64,000 nt of DNA. Source: Octopus vulgaris. Taxonomy: Eukaryota. Below the pieces are notes generated by a model. That model did not search any database. It saw only the letters and a program-made list of their open reading frames with translations, and was not told the DNA's origin. Made by a program: the position numbers and the translations under genes. Below, piece after piece: positions 23,619-35,372 of this stretch; position 1 is the stretch's first letter, and each line of letters starts with the position of its first letter. Location: contig OX597831.1 in NCBI GenBank assembly GCA_951406725.2, positions 6,138,001 through 6,202,000 on the forward strand, in the 5' to 3' direction.

Positions 23619-24011
23619 CTAGCAGTATCGCCCGGCGTTGCTCGGGTTTGTAAGGGAAATAACTATAAAGCATTTTTAGAGTTATAGCCAAAAAATAGCA
23701 AAAAAATGCAATAAAAATGGAAAAAATATGATGGTAAATTTTTTTTTAAATCGTTGACTCATCGTAGACATTTTTAGAGAGTTACTTCCCTTATATTTAA
23801 AAAATATGCATTAAAATGGAAAAAAATTATGGTAAATTATTTTTAAAATCGTAGACTCATCGTAGACGCGCGCTAATACCCAGAAGGGCTCAATATGTAT
23901 CACAACTATAAGATACCCGGTTTTGGTTAAACTGCACCGCAAAATGTGGGAGTAGTTAGGAATCTAAATCAGAGTAGACAGACACACAACCTTACTTTTA
24001 TATATAAAGAT
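23619..24011 (-). mobile_element. Non-autonomous Helitron-like element (another Helitron-type 5' end follows at about 24046)
   Basis: CTAG plus hairpin terminus; shares ctaactactcccacattttgcggtgcagtttaaccaaaaccgggtatc with the 2983 copy. Confidence 0.7.
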
Positions 24012-25517
24012 ATAACATAATATAGTATGAATATAATGTAACATAATCTCTATATATATAAAACTGAGAATGTGTGTTTCCCTAAAACTTGAGAACTACA
24101 CAACCAATATCATTCAAATTTTACACATGCCCTACTTAGGGTCCATGTAGTTTCATGGGCAAAAAAAATGTTCAACTTCTTGCCTAGGCCAAGCCAATAG
24201 CAATATCATATCTTCTCCACTATTTCAGTATTACGTGTTAAAAGTGAAACAAAAATATTTCTCTATTTTTCTTTCACTTTAACAATAAAAATTAGAGATA
24301 ATAATAACAATTGAATTATATGTAGTAAGTAATAATCAAAATCAAACTAAAGTATAAGATAATCGTAACATAACAAAAGTAAAAATAGCAATTGGTATAA
24401 AATTGCATCAATGACTTCAACTTGAATAAGTGGTTTCACATGAATGGGAATAAATTAAAAATAAAATTTAAGTGCAGAAATGGAATAGTCCAGATGGAGT
24501 TGTGCACATACCATTTACCATGGCTTTTTCATTAGATTATCTGCTAATTAGCTAGCATTAAGTATCTATATGAAGTTTGGCTGTATGTAATGTCTGTTTT
24601 CTCGAACAGCCGCTTCTACTGAGTACTGCTGTTGGTTTATTTCTTATACATAAAGGACTATAGCTTCAACTGCGTACTGCTTTTTGATTCACCGTAAGGT
24701 TTGTTGTTATTATTATTACTGTTTAAGTATTGTTATCACGTTTGTTGGTTCCTCGTAAGGGAAACGTTGTTGTGTTGCATTTGTTAAATAATTGTAAACT
24801 GTAACCCTCCCCCTTTGGGAGAAGGAGCTTTGGTTATTGTTTAAAAATTGAATTGTGTCCCTGTTCGGGGAAATTGACAATATTTTCCCCGTTTATACGG
24901 AAGCATTTTTGTTAGAATGCCTTCGATAGAAGAAAGTCCAAAAATGAATTTCGCTGCAGCCGTCGGCTGGTGCGAACTCATTAAAATTAAAATGGAAGAA
25001 ATACAAACCTATTTCGGATTGATCACCGACAAAGACGGTGAATCTAGGATAACACCACCAAAGGAAATAAAAAATTAAATTAAAGAAAAGACTATTGTCT
25101 ATAAAGTATACAATGTAGAGAAGAAAAAAAAAGATTTGAATACCTGGAGGAAAGCACCATTGAAAAGTGTCTTGGTGCGACTATGAAAGATATCTAACCA
25201 GAGGCGGTAAATTCACCACAATAGAAGCAAGGTTCGAGTCAACAAATATCTCTATTATATGTAATTTTCTAGATGGTGTAATTTAATTGTTTATTTTGAA
25301 TTGATAAAAGGTGTTTTTTTCTAATTTTTATATATATATATATATATATTATATTGTGTGAAATTTGATATAGATATCTAAATTGATTTTTCCCTGTAAG
25401 TTAGGATTAATATTCCCTCAAATAATTATTATATATATCATCATCATCATCATCATCATCGTTTAACGTCCGTTCTCCATGCTAGCATGGGTTGGACGGT
25501 TCGACCGGGGATCTGGG

Positions 25518-25557
<40 letters not shown>

Positions 25558-25864
25558 GCACACACACACACACACATATATATATATACATGTGTGTATG
25601 TATGTATATATTTATTTGTATACGTGTTTGTTCGTTTGACTGCTTCAGCTGACGTGGACATCTCATAAAGTCCACAGTTGTTTTACATACAGCCACCTCA
25701 CAATTATTAATTCACACACATGTTCATGTATATACACGCATGCGCTAACATAGCCGCATACACAAACTTATATGCCCAAGCACACACATATACTTATACA
25801 TACATACATACATATATACATACATACATACATACATACATGCATGCATACATACGCACATACA

Positions 25865-25900
<36 letters not shown>

Positions 25901-26651
25901 TATGCTTACATACATACATATATACATGCATACATACATACATACATACATACATACATACATACATACATACATACACACATGCATATATACATGTATC
26001 TGTATATGCGTTAGAGACAGTTTATTTGATTTTGTTATGGTTGTTTTCGATTTTTTTTCCATATTTTCTTTTCTTTTTTTTCTTTATCCTTTTTTGTTTC
26101 CCCAGACCTTGTCACAACGTCCATCCATCACGTGTGAATAATACACAAACTATTGAACAGGCATGACATTCGAAGGTCATCTCTGAATATTCCCATAACC
26201 AAAGCAAATAACCTGTTCTTGTTTGACATTCCACGAGCCACTGTGACCACCACTGTCAACACTTGAATCAACGATGGAGCGTTTTGGGGTAGTCGCTCGA
26301 TCTGCTAGAAACAGCAAGGTCTTCTTCAATTCACATCCTACCGTGGTTAAAGAAGGACAGAGTTGGAATGTATTTTATCATAAGGTCGATATTTGACATT
26401 TTAGCGGGAACTTTTTTTTTAAACTTGTAACTATTTTCTTAAGCCCTTGAAAGTAAAAAAAAGGTTATTGATTTTTATGTACGGAACGTCTGAGGTTCAG
26501 AATCTGTAAGAACCATAACAGCAACAGCAACAACAAAAATTATAAGATTTCATTTATAGACTAAAAGGACCCAAAACATTGGAAATAATATAAAAGGGAC
26601 AAAGTGCAACATACAAAAGTGGGATTTAAATCAAGATATATATATTTTTTT

Positions 26652-27033
26652 TTTTACTTGTTTCAGTCATTTGACTGCGGCCATGCTGGAGCACCACCTT
26701 TAGTCGAGCAACTCGACCCCGGGACTTATTCTTTGTAAGCCCAGTACTTATTCTATCGGTCTCTTTTTGCCGAACCGCTAAGTGACGGGGACATAAACAC
26801 ACCAGCATCGGTTGTCAAGCAATGCTAGGGAGACAAACATATACACACACATACATATATATATACATATATACGACAGGCTTCTTTCAGTTTCCGTCTA
26901 CCAAATCTACTCACAAGGCATTGGTCGGTCCAGGGCTATAGCAGAAGACACTTGCCCAAGATGCCACGCAGTGGGACTGAACCCGGAACCATGTGGTTGG
27001 TAAGCAAGCTACTTACCACACAGCCACTCCTGC
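26652..27033 (-). mobile_element. SINE family C full-length copy
   Basis: Near-exact reverse complement of 59518-59914. Confidence 0.85.
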
Positions 27034-27299
27034 GACTATGTCGATTTTAAAAAAACAAATCGACCCCAATAGTTTGGATCTTTTCACTTTGACCGGCAGA
27101 TTTTTAAAATAATTTCTTTGTAACTAAACACTTTTAAACTTCGTATACTAGTAGAATGTGTTACATAAAACATCTTTTTCTCTTGGCTTTCTTGAGAAAA
27201 TTCTATAGTTTGTAAGCTATTTGTTGTTTAATTTATTGCATTTCGGCAATTTCAGCCAATCAATGACGTCTATTGAGGTGAATACAATTTCTGCCGTAA

Positions 27300-27380
27300 C
27301 ATGTACTATGCCAACTTGCTGAGGAAGTTACAGAAGGCTATCAAGAAAACTGACGAAAAGGGTCTTGTTTCATCAACATT
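27300..27380 (+). pseudogene. Short mariner transposase scrap
   Basis: tactatgccaacttgctgaggaagttacagaaggctatcaag translates YYANLLRKLQKAIK, followed by a GVLFHQ-like remnant. Confidence 0.5.
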
Positions 27381-29642
27381 TCAGCGACACCAGATGCATT
27401 AAAAAGAATTTCTAAGACTCTTGGCTGGAGAGGAAGCTGGTGGCTAGAGGGCGTCTGAAGACATCATGAAGCTGACAGAAACAATGCCGGCAAATGTGTG
27501 TGGGGGTGAATACGTGTGTGTTAATCGCCAACACGTTTTTGTTTTTACTCATAAAATGCTTCTTCGTTTTGCATAATTTTCAGTTGGGTGTAAAAACCCT
27601 TTTCTTGCAAGTACGAAACCTTATCCTCCTCTGGTGTATTTTTTAAGGCCTATTTGGCTGCTATTTTTAGCACATATGACAACCTGCTCAATGACTCGAA
27701 TATATTTGTTAACACGTGCTTTCTCGCAGACAAAAGCGTTCTCATGTTTGCCTTGTTACTATGGAAACAGGCATGAATGTGCTTGTGGCTTACGATCGAC
27801 TAAGATTATCCAAGCTTTTCAAGCTTTACTAGCTAATAACTCTATTGGTTTATGGCAAAAATGAATTTTACGGCATTGATTAGTATATAAAAGTATGTCA
27901 TTACACTGAATATGTAATCAATTCGAACAGAAATTGAAGAGATTGAAAATTGGATCAGCCAAACAGAAAATGTCCGAAAAATAAACAAAGGTGGTGCCCC
28001 AGCATGGCCGCATCCTTTGGGCTGAAACATTTTTAAGGATTTAAGGATTTAAAGGTGGTTAGAGTTAGAATGCCTTCGTCTACAGATATTTCTTGATGAA
28101 GGCTGATTGATGTGACGTTTTAATGAGAACAATACACATTTTAACAAATTGATTTCTGATATAAGTTCACGGTCACATTGTAGGTACAACTATAATCAAT
28201 TACATCTGTGCCAATACTTAAAATCATTTCAAAGATTGTAAGTAGATTTCTATCGAACGACAACAATTATCTAAATCATCATCATCATCATTTAACGTCC
28301 GTTTTCCACGCTAGCAATGGTTGACGGTTCGACCGGGGGCTGCGCCAGGCTCCAGGCTGATTTGGCAGTGTTTCTACAGCTGGATGCCCTTCATAACGCC
28401 AACCACTCTGTGAGTGTAGTGGGTGCTTTTTTACGTGCCACCGGCACAGGGGCCAGAGCAGGATGTCAAACGGCCATGACCGGTTGGTGCTTTTACGTGT
28501 CACCGACACGGACGCCAGTCAGGCGGCACCGGCATCTGCCACGTTCGGGCGGTGCTTTTTACGTGTCACTGGCACGGGTGTCTTAACTACAATTTCATAA
28601 AATTTTATTTCTCCGCTTAAACTAATACCATTAGACAGATCATGAACTTCCAAAATTTCGATTTTCCTTTATTCCCCTAGAATTAGTGCGTATGCGTTTA
28701 GCAAAGAGAAACCTTTATGCCGTTTATTTCATGAGAGATTAAGCTGCTTGTAGTGATGGTGGTGGTGGTGATAGCAGCGGCATCACACCAATGGACACTC
28801 TTCTTTTCCTTTCTTTTTAATAGTATTTTTCTCTTTACTGTCAGTCGGTTCACATAAAGTGTCACCGTTCTTTCTTCCTTGTCTTTTTTGTCTTTCTTTT
28901 TTGATGACGTGGTAAGATTTTAACTCCGAATGCACAGAGCCGAAGAGATACCACAAAGTACTCCAACCGATGCTCTAAAAATTTTATCAATCTGCATCTT
29001 TGGACTGGTACTTTTTTTGTCGACTCCGATAGGATGAAGGGCACAGTTTACCTTGGAATTTGAACTCAGACCATGGACAGTCAGGATAAATACCACAAGG
29101 TCCTTAACTGACACACTAGCGATTCTTCCAAATCAACGCCTTAGCAGTGGTAGCTGCTTGGTTTTCTTCTAACCTAAAGTATGTGTCAGTTGGTGCTCAC
29201 TCTTCATGACTTCGAATTACAATATAATGGATTGAGTTGAGATGCAGCTGTTTGAATGCTGGCAACTTGATACGGCTAATTAGATATTGAACCTATTTTG
29301 AGCGACAGTGCTTTAATAATAATAATGAAATTATTGTATACAGTGCTCAGGTGCACCACAACTTGTCAAAAAGTGCGTATAAAGCATATGCAGTAATGTA
29401 CAAATGTCTGGAAAGCGAACAGTGTATGAGTCAGATACATGCTTGCGTGTGTATGGAAGGGAGAAAATCAGGTGTAGTGTTGGCAAATCTTAGGAAGCAT
29501 GGAAGTTTTGAAGGATGCAGTGCTCCGACAACTAACAACTGATGCCGGCAGTCTTTGTGGCACAAGAGTCAAATGCACACACATACACATACACTCATAC
29601 CACGCGCGTGTGCCTGCATACACGGAAATGTACAAATAAAAA

Positions 29643-29676
<34 letters not shown>

Positions 29677-30872
29677 GTGACAGACAGACAGATTACAATT
29701 TATTAATTAACATAACATTTTCCCTCTCTTTATACACATAAAGAGAAATATGCTTACAACCATAAACAGAGAATGCGGGGAAAACAAGAGAAAAATTAAA
29801 ACAGATGATGTCAAATAAGTCAGCGTCGAATCAGCGATGCCAAAGCGACTGAGCCAAAATATCTCATACTCACAACAGAATGAGATTTATTATCTTAATG
29901 CCTTTGTCCAAAACATTAACGAGTTATGTGCTAAGAGTACCATACGAGTGAGATCGTTGTCAGAGCAACAAGGTGGCCTTCGTGCCGATGGCACGTTAAA
30001 CACACCATTCGAGCGTGATCGTTACCGCGTCACCTTACTGGCACTTGTGCTGGTGGCACGGGAAACATTCGAGTGAGGTCGTCGCCAGTGCCGCTGTACT
30101 GGCTCCTGTGCAGGTGGCACATAAAAAGCACCATTTGGGCATGGCCGTTGCCAGTACCACCAAACTGGCCCTCATGCCGGTGGCACGTAAAAGCACCCAC
30201 TACACTTTCGGAGTGGTTGGCGTTAGGAAGGGCATCCAGTTGTGGAAACTGCCAGATCAGATTGGAGTCTGGTTCGCCAGACCTCAGTCAAAATCGTCCA
30301 ACCCATGCTAGCATAGAAAGCGGATGTTAAACGATGATGATGATGATGATGTGATATCAAATAACCAAAATCAGCAATAGAAGCTTGATGGCAGAGTCAG
30401 CTTAACCTTCATTCATGTTTTTCTCGACTATTAGCATCACTTTTTATCTTTCCCTGCTTTTAAAGTTTGTATTAGTTTATTCTTTGATGGCAGAATCATT
30501 TAAAACATCGAACAAAATGTGTTACGGTATTCAGTTAGGCCCATTACATTCTGAGTTCAATTGCTATCAAAGTTATTTCAGTCTGCATCTAGAATACATC
30601 ACATGAATATAAATCAACCTGAGACGACTATTTCGGGATTAATTTGAACTTAAAATAGTTATTTCTAAACAAAGAGTATTATCGAACGTCCTTAGCTAGT
30701 AGGACAGTTTCTATTCAACAAATTAACCTCGACCAACACACACATCTAAAAGGGAAATCAAGAAAACTATAACAATAAAAAACATTCCCTAGCTTCACAG
30801 AAACATTCAGGGTAACACGTTCAATGTAGATCTTATTTCAGATTTAAGCTGATTCTAGTGATTGAAATAACG

Positions 30873-31288
30873 GGATCTTTTCGGTTTGAACGGCAGTTTT
30901 TTTTAATAATTTCCACGTAACTAAACACTTTTAAACTTCGTATACTGGTAGAATATGTTTATAAAACATCTTTTTCTCTTGGCCTTATTGAGAAAATTCT
31001 ATAGTTTGTAAGATATTTGTTGTTTTTTTCTTCAATTTCTGCAATTTCAACCAATCAATGACGCCTATTGAGGTGAAAAACATTCTATGCCGTATGAATA
31101 TGTCCTTCGTTTAAGAAACTGATTGGGTTTATTTACATTTGTGAAGAAAAAAATATACCCTTCCCCCACCCCTAACCCTAACCCTAAAACAGATTGAAAT
31201 GCAATAGATCGATACTAGGGTCATAATTATGGGTGACAATTTCATATGACACCGCTAGAAAAAACTGCCGTTCAAACCGAAAAGATCC
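30873..31288. mobile_element. MITE with GGATC termini, about 29-bp TIRs and 8-bp TSD; relatives at about 560-795 and 27076-27290
   Basis: GGATCTTTTCGGTTTGAACGGCAGTTTTT ... AAAAACTGCCGTTCAAACCGAAAAGATCC; flanks aaataacg / aaataaca. Confidence 0.85.
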
Positions 31289-32462
31289 AAATAACAGGTT
31301 AAACACGTCAGTAATTTAAGTGTAGAAGATTTGTGGCAGCCCATTTGACCAGTTTGTTCACTCCCGACTTAGAATGAAATATCATTTACGTCAGAACAAC
31401 GGAAGTATACTGATGGAATGCACTGGTTTAAGTTGAGTTTACGTGATACGTGCCTCATACGGGATCATTATGGGAGATGTTGACAGTAAGTTTGATCTGG
31501 AAGAAGGTCACAATTGTTAAACCTGTTGGCCACTCGAAAATTTGGAGACATTTATTTATTTTCTGCCATTACGTACCACATGAACTTAGTTTAGTTGCTA
31601 AGGCACACAAATATATACAGCATCGAATGTGTACACTGTTATGCTTTCTTCTTTAACCATCTGTTAGATGTGTGCATTAATATTCTTCTTCGTTGAAGCC
31701 TTTTATTCTCCAGTGAATTACACAGCTTTTATTGGATTTATTCTAACTCTACTGAAAACAAAGTGTAAAACTATACTAGAACAGAGTAGTCGACATTAGG
31801 GATCGAGGTATTATTTATTGATTATCAATATTCTTTTGACAAAATGAAATGGAGTGAACACTTGTAACTGATTGATTAAATTGAACACCAAGATTTTTTT
31901 TCTTTTTGTAAGTCATAATTTTGCGATCTTTCGTTTTATGTACATATAATGGTGGAAAACAAAATGAAAGGTAAACAATTATCAAAATTATTTTACGACA
32001 AGACACAGTCTTCGTTTCATAGAACTCAACGATGCGACATCAAATGCAAATGCAATAGAAGTGGTAGGGAGTTTATTAAAAGTAAATACCGTACCATACA
32101 TGGAACTTCTAATAATCTCTTCTGAACAGAGAACTTACTTGGCGTCATTTTCATAGATATAAGGTATGGGTGATCTGTCAGCGAAATGAAGATTATGGTT
32201 TACCGTGAAAGGCAAGTGAACGACTCATATGATAGAAGTGATTAAGATAACGTAACTCGGGGCTAATATCTCTGTCCTTATCCGGTTCCGTAGTTCTATT
32301 CTATGACCACACTCCGTTAGCACTGAATTTTGAAGTGCATGTTTTTAGAATCGATAAAATATGTTCCAGACCAATTTCAGTTACTGAACAAAAAGAAGCA
32401 AGTGTCATATCAAAAGAAATCTATATTATGCTTCATGTGTAGTGTGTGATGTTCATCTAAGG

Positions 32463-32663
32463 CAGTGGTTTTTAACCAGGGTTCCGCCAGTACAGTCCAG
32501 GGGTTCCGCAAGAAGCCACAAAACTGCTAAATTCGGCAGTAATTTTTAATTCTCCCGTGCAGATATGTGTGCATAAGACTATTAAATTATTGCTCAGGGG
32601 TTCCTCGAGCCAGTGGAATGTTTCCTTGGGGTTCCGCTCCGGCAAAAAGTTTGAAAAGCACTG
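32463..32663. mobile_element. hAT (Charlie-like) MITE
   Basis: CAGTGGTTTT...AAAAGCACTG termini; perfect 8-bp TSD atctaagg. Confidence 0.9.
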
Positions 32664-32830
32664 ATCTAAGGACAACAGTATGACATCTATAAATACCACT
32701 GCACCTTTCTTTTTTTTCCTCCTCCTCCTCCTTTTTAATTTGTTACTCAGACAGTAACATTCTCGATGAGGACGTGCCTGTTTGCACGCAGCTGGTTCTA
32801 TTAAATGTCAACATATGAAACAATACATAA

Positions 32831-33060
32831 GGCGGCGAGCTGGCAGAATCGTTAGCACGCCGGGCGAAATGCTTAGCGGTATTTCGCCTGCCGTTACGTT
32901 CTGAGTTCAAATTCCGCCGAGGTCGACTTTGCCTTTCATCCTTTCGGGGTCGATAAATTAAGTACCAGTTACGCACTGGGGTCGATGTAATCGACTTAAT
33001 CCGTTTGTCTGTCCTTGTTTGTCTCCTCTGTGTTTAGCCCCTTGTGGGTAGTAAAGAAAT
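32831..33060 (+). mobile_element. SINE family A (tRNA-like head). Other copies at about 4752-4965(-), 7372-7596(-), 10725-10916(-), 19475-19698(-), 22537-22767(+), 56997-57217(-), plus many decayed ones
   Basis: GGCGGCGAGCTGGCAGAATCGTTAG (A-box-like) ... GAGTTCAAATTCC (B box) ... GCCTTTCATCCTTTCGGGGTCGATAAA; flanked by direct repeats atatgaaacaatacata / atataaaacaatacata. Confidence 0.88.
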
Positions 33061-33104
33061 ATATAAAACAATACATATATTTCTTTGGTCTATGATCAGA
33101 ATGA

Positions 33105-34945
33105 AAGATCAATTAGTCGGTATCCGTCGGTCTCGAGAGGCCATGGATCTGCGTCCGAAGAAATCTTGTCAGCTGCTGATAGTAGTGCAGCGTAAGTTGT
33201 GGCTGTACAGGTTCACACAGGAGTGGCAATCACACATATAGCGACTGCATTTGATGGAGCTCTCTGCTGGTGCTACTGATTTTTCCTTCCGTCGAATGTG
33301 CTTTTCTTTGATGGCGATTTCCTCTTTTTCTTCCGCTCTCTTCATTCCCTTTCGCAGTTATTTGTCTCCAGCGTGGGCGTATCATTTGCAACCTCTTCCC
33401 AACTCAGGACGTCCAGATCAAGCGACTTCATATTTCTCTTACAGACATCTTTCAAAAGAAAATGAGATCGTCCTCCTGCTCTTGTACCGATAACTAATTC
33501 ACCATACAGGGGTTTTTTATGGGATCCTTCCGTCTAGCATGCGATGTACATGATCGGGCCAGCGCAAACAACACTGCTGGAGCCAGATGGATGTCTTGCC
33601 TCGGTTGAGGACTTTGGTGTGGGTGATGTGGTCGGTCCACTTGATGTCCAAGATGTGTCTCAAGTTACGAAGATGAAAGACGTTGAGGCACCGCTCCTGT
33701 CTAGAGTAAAGTTTCCACGTCTCACTGCCATAAAGTAGCGTACTAAGGACGCATACCTTATATACAGCAATTTTGGTGTTTGCAGCCAGTTTTTTCCCCT
33801 CCAGACTCTCTTTGTGAGCCTGGCAAATGTGGAGGATGCTTGTCCAATTCGCCTGTAGATCTCAGGGTCCAGGAAGAAGTCATCAGCGATGGTAGAGCCG
33901 AGGCAGGTGAATTGATGGACTACCTCCAGCTTGTAGTTGTTGATGGTGATGATGTTGATGTTGAGCGAAGCGGTCTTCAGTAGTGAGAGAAGTCCGAAAC
34001 GTGGTGCTTTGCTATTCGTAAGACCTGCAGAAGAGAAAGCAGGTCAACCCCCCGACACCGAGAGCATCGACGGATGGATGAATGCGCATCCAGGCTCAGC
34101 GGTTGCGTAGGAAGTCGGGGATAAGAAACAAGAAGAAAGAGTGAGAGAAAGGTGGAGCGAAAGAGTACAACAGGGGTCGCCACCACCCCCTGCCGGAGCC
34201 TCATGGAGTTTTAGGTGTTTTCGCTCAATAAACACACACAACGCCCGGTCTGGGAATCGAAACCGCGAGTCCGCTGCCCTAACCATAGGGCCATTGCGCC
34301 TCCAGCTGTTGATGGTGATGGTGGAGGTGTGCTTGACATTTTGGCCCATTACCTAGGTCTTCTTCAGACTGATAGTCGGGCTGAATTCCTGACAGGCCTT
34401 TGAGAGTTTTTCCACGAGGTCCGACATTTGCTCTTCAGAGGACGCTGTCAGTGCTGCATTGTCTGCAAACAGCATTTCTCTGAGGAGTTCCTGGCGCATT
34501 TTGGATTTTGCCTCAGCCTCGAAAAACTAAACAGTTTGCCACTTGATCTGGTGTGGCGGTAAACACCATCACTTGATGAGCCAAATTCATGTTTCAGCAT
34601 GACTGAAAAGAAGATGCCAAATAGAGTGGGGGCAATTACACAGCCATGTTACACACCGCTGAGTAAGTTGAAAGCATCCGAAAAAGAACCATCAAATTGA
34701 ACGACGCCTTTCATACCCATGTCAGATGATTGAACAATCCTGAGAAGTCTTGGAGGACAGCCAATCTTGGTAAGGATTTTGAACAGGCCGTCTTTACTGA
34801 CTAGGTAAAAAGCCTTAGTGAGGTTGATGAAGGTGATAAAGAGTGGTTGTCTGCTCTCAGTACTTTTCCTGTTGCTGTCGGAGAGAGATCATGTCGATGG
34901 AGGGATGTTTTTCTCTGAAACCACGCTGAGATTCGGAGTAGAATC
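33105..34945 (-). mobile_element. Decayed RTE-clade LINE (reverse transcriptase domain to 3' end), interrupted by a SINE
   Basis: Minus-strand translations YSESQRGF, LFITFINLTKAF, SGV*HGCVIAPTLFGIFFS, LREMLFADNAAL (FADD mutated), EVVHQFTCLGSTI...RRIGQASSTFARLTKRVW; multiple stops and frameshifts. Confidence 0.9.
33955..34304 (-). mobile_element. SINE family B copy inserted into the RTE LINE relic
   Basis: Flanked by the 14-bp direct repeat tgttgatggtgatg (33938-33951 and 34307-34320); the LINE reading frame resumes across it. Confidence 0.85.
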
Positions 34946-34949
34946 GCAG

Positions 34950-35372
34950 CACTTTCATTCTCTCCCAGTAGCTCCACTGTGTCATTGATGCAATCTTCCT
35001 CATGTAGTATCGCTGAACCGCCTCAAGTTCTGCTGTTAATCCTACAGCGCAAGGTGACCACAGTTGAGAGCAGCAGTCCAGACGGCTGAGGACAAATGTC
35101 CTTCATAGGACCAGCATAATTTCCTGGTTCCTTGTTCTGAAGGTTCTCAGAATCCATCCGGCCATTCACCTGCACACTACCATTATCTTGGTGACATGCA
35201 TGTGAAACGAGGCATCGTTGCTCATATCAATTCCAAGATCACGTACCGTATGTGATTTCCACTCCTTTTGGTCCAAAGTATTGTTGTTGTGTCTTCTGAG
35301 CACCAATTAGCTGGAAGCGGAGAGCTTGGAATTTGCCTGCATTAAATTGCATGCTGTTGTCCTCAGCCCATT
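34950..35372 (-). mobile_element. CR1/L2-group LINE fragment (post-RT region)
   Basis: KWAEDNSMQFNAGKFQ...VRDLGIDMSNDASF...GWILRTFRTR...FVLSRLDCCSQLWSP. Confidence 0.8.
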
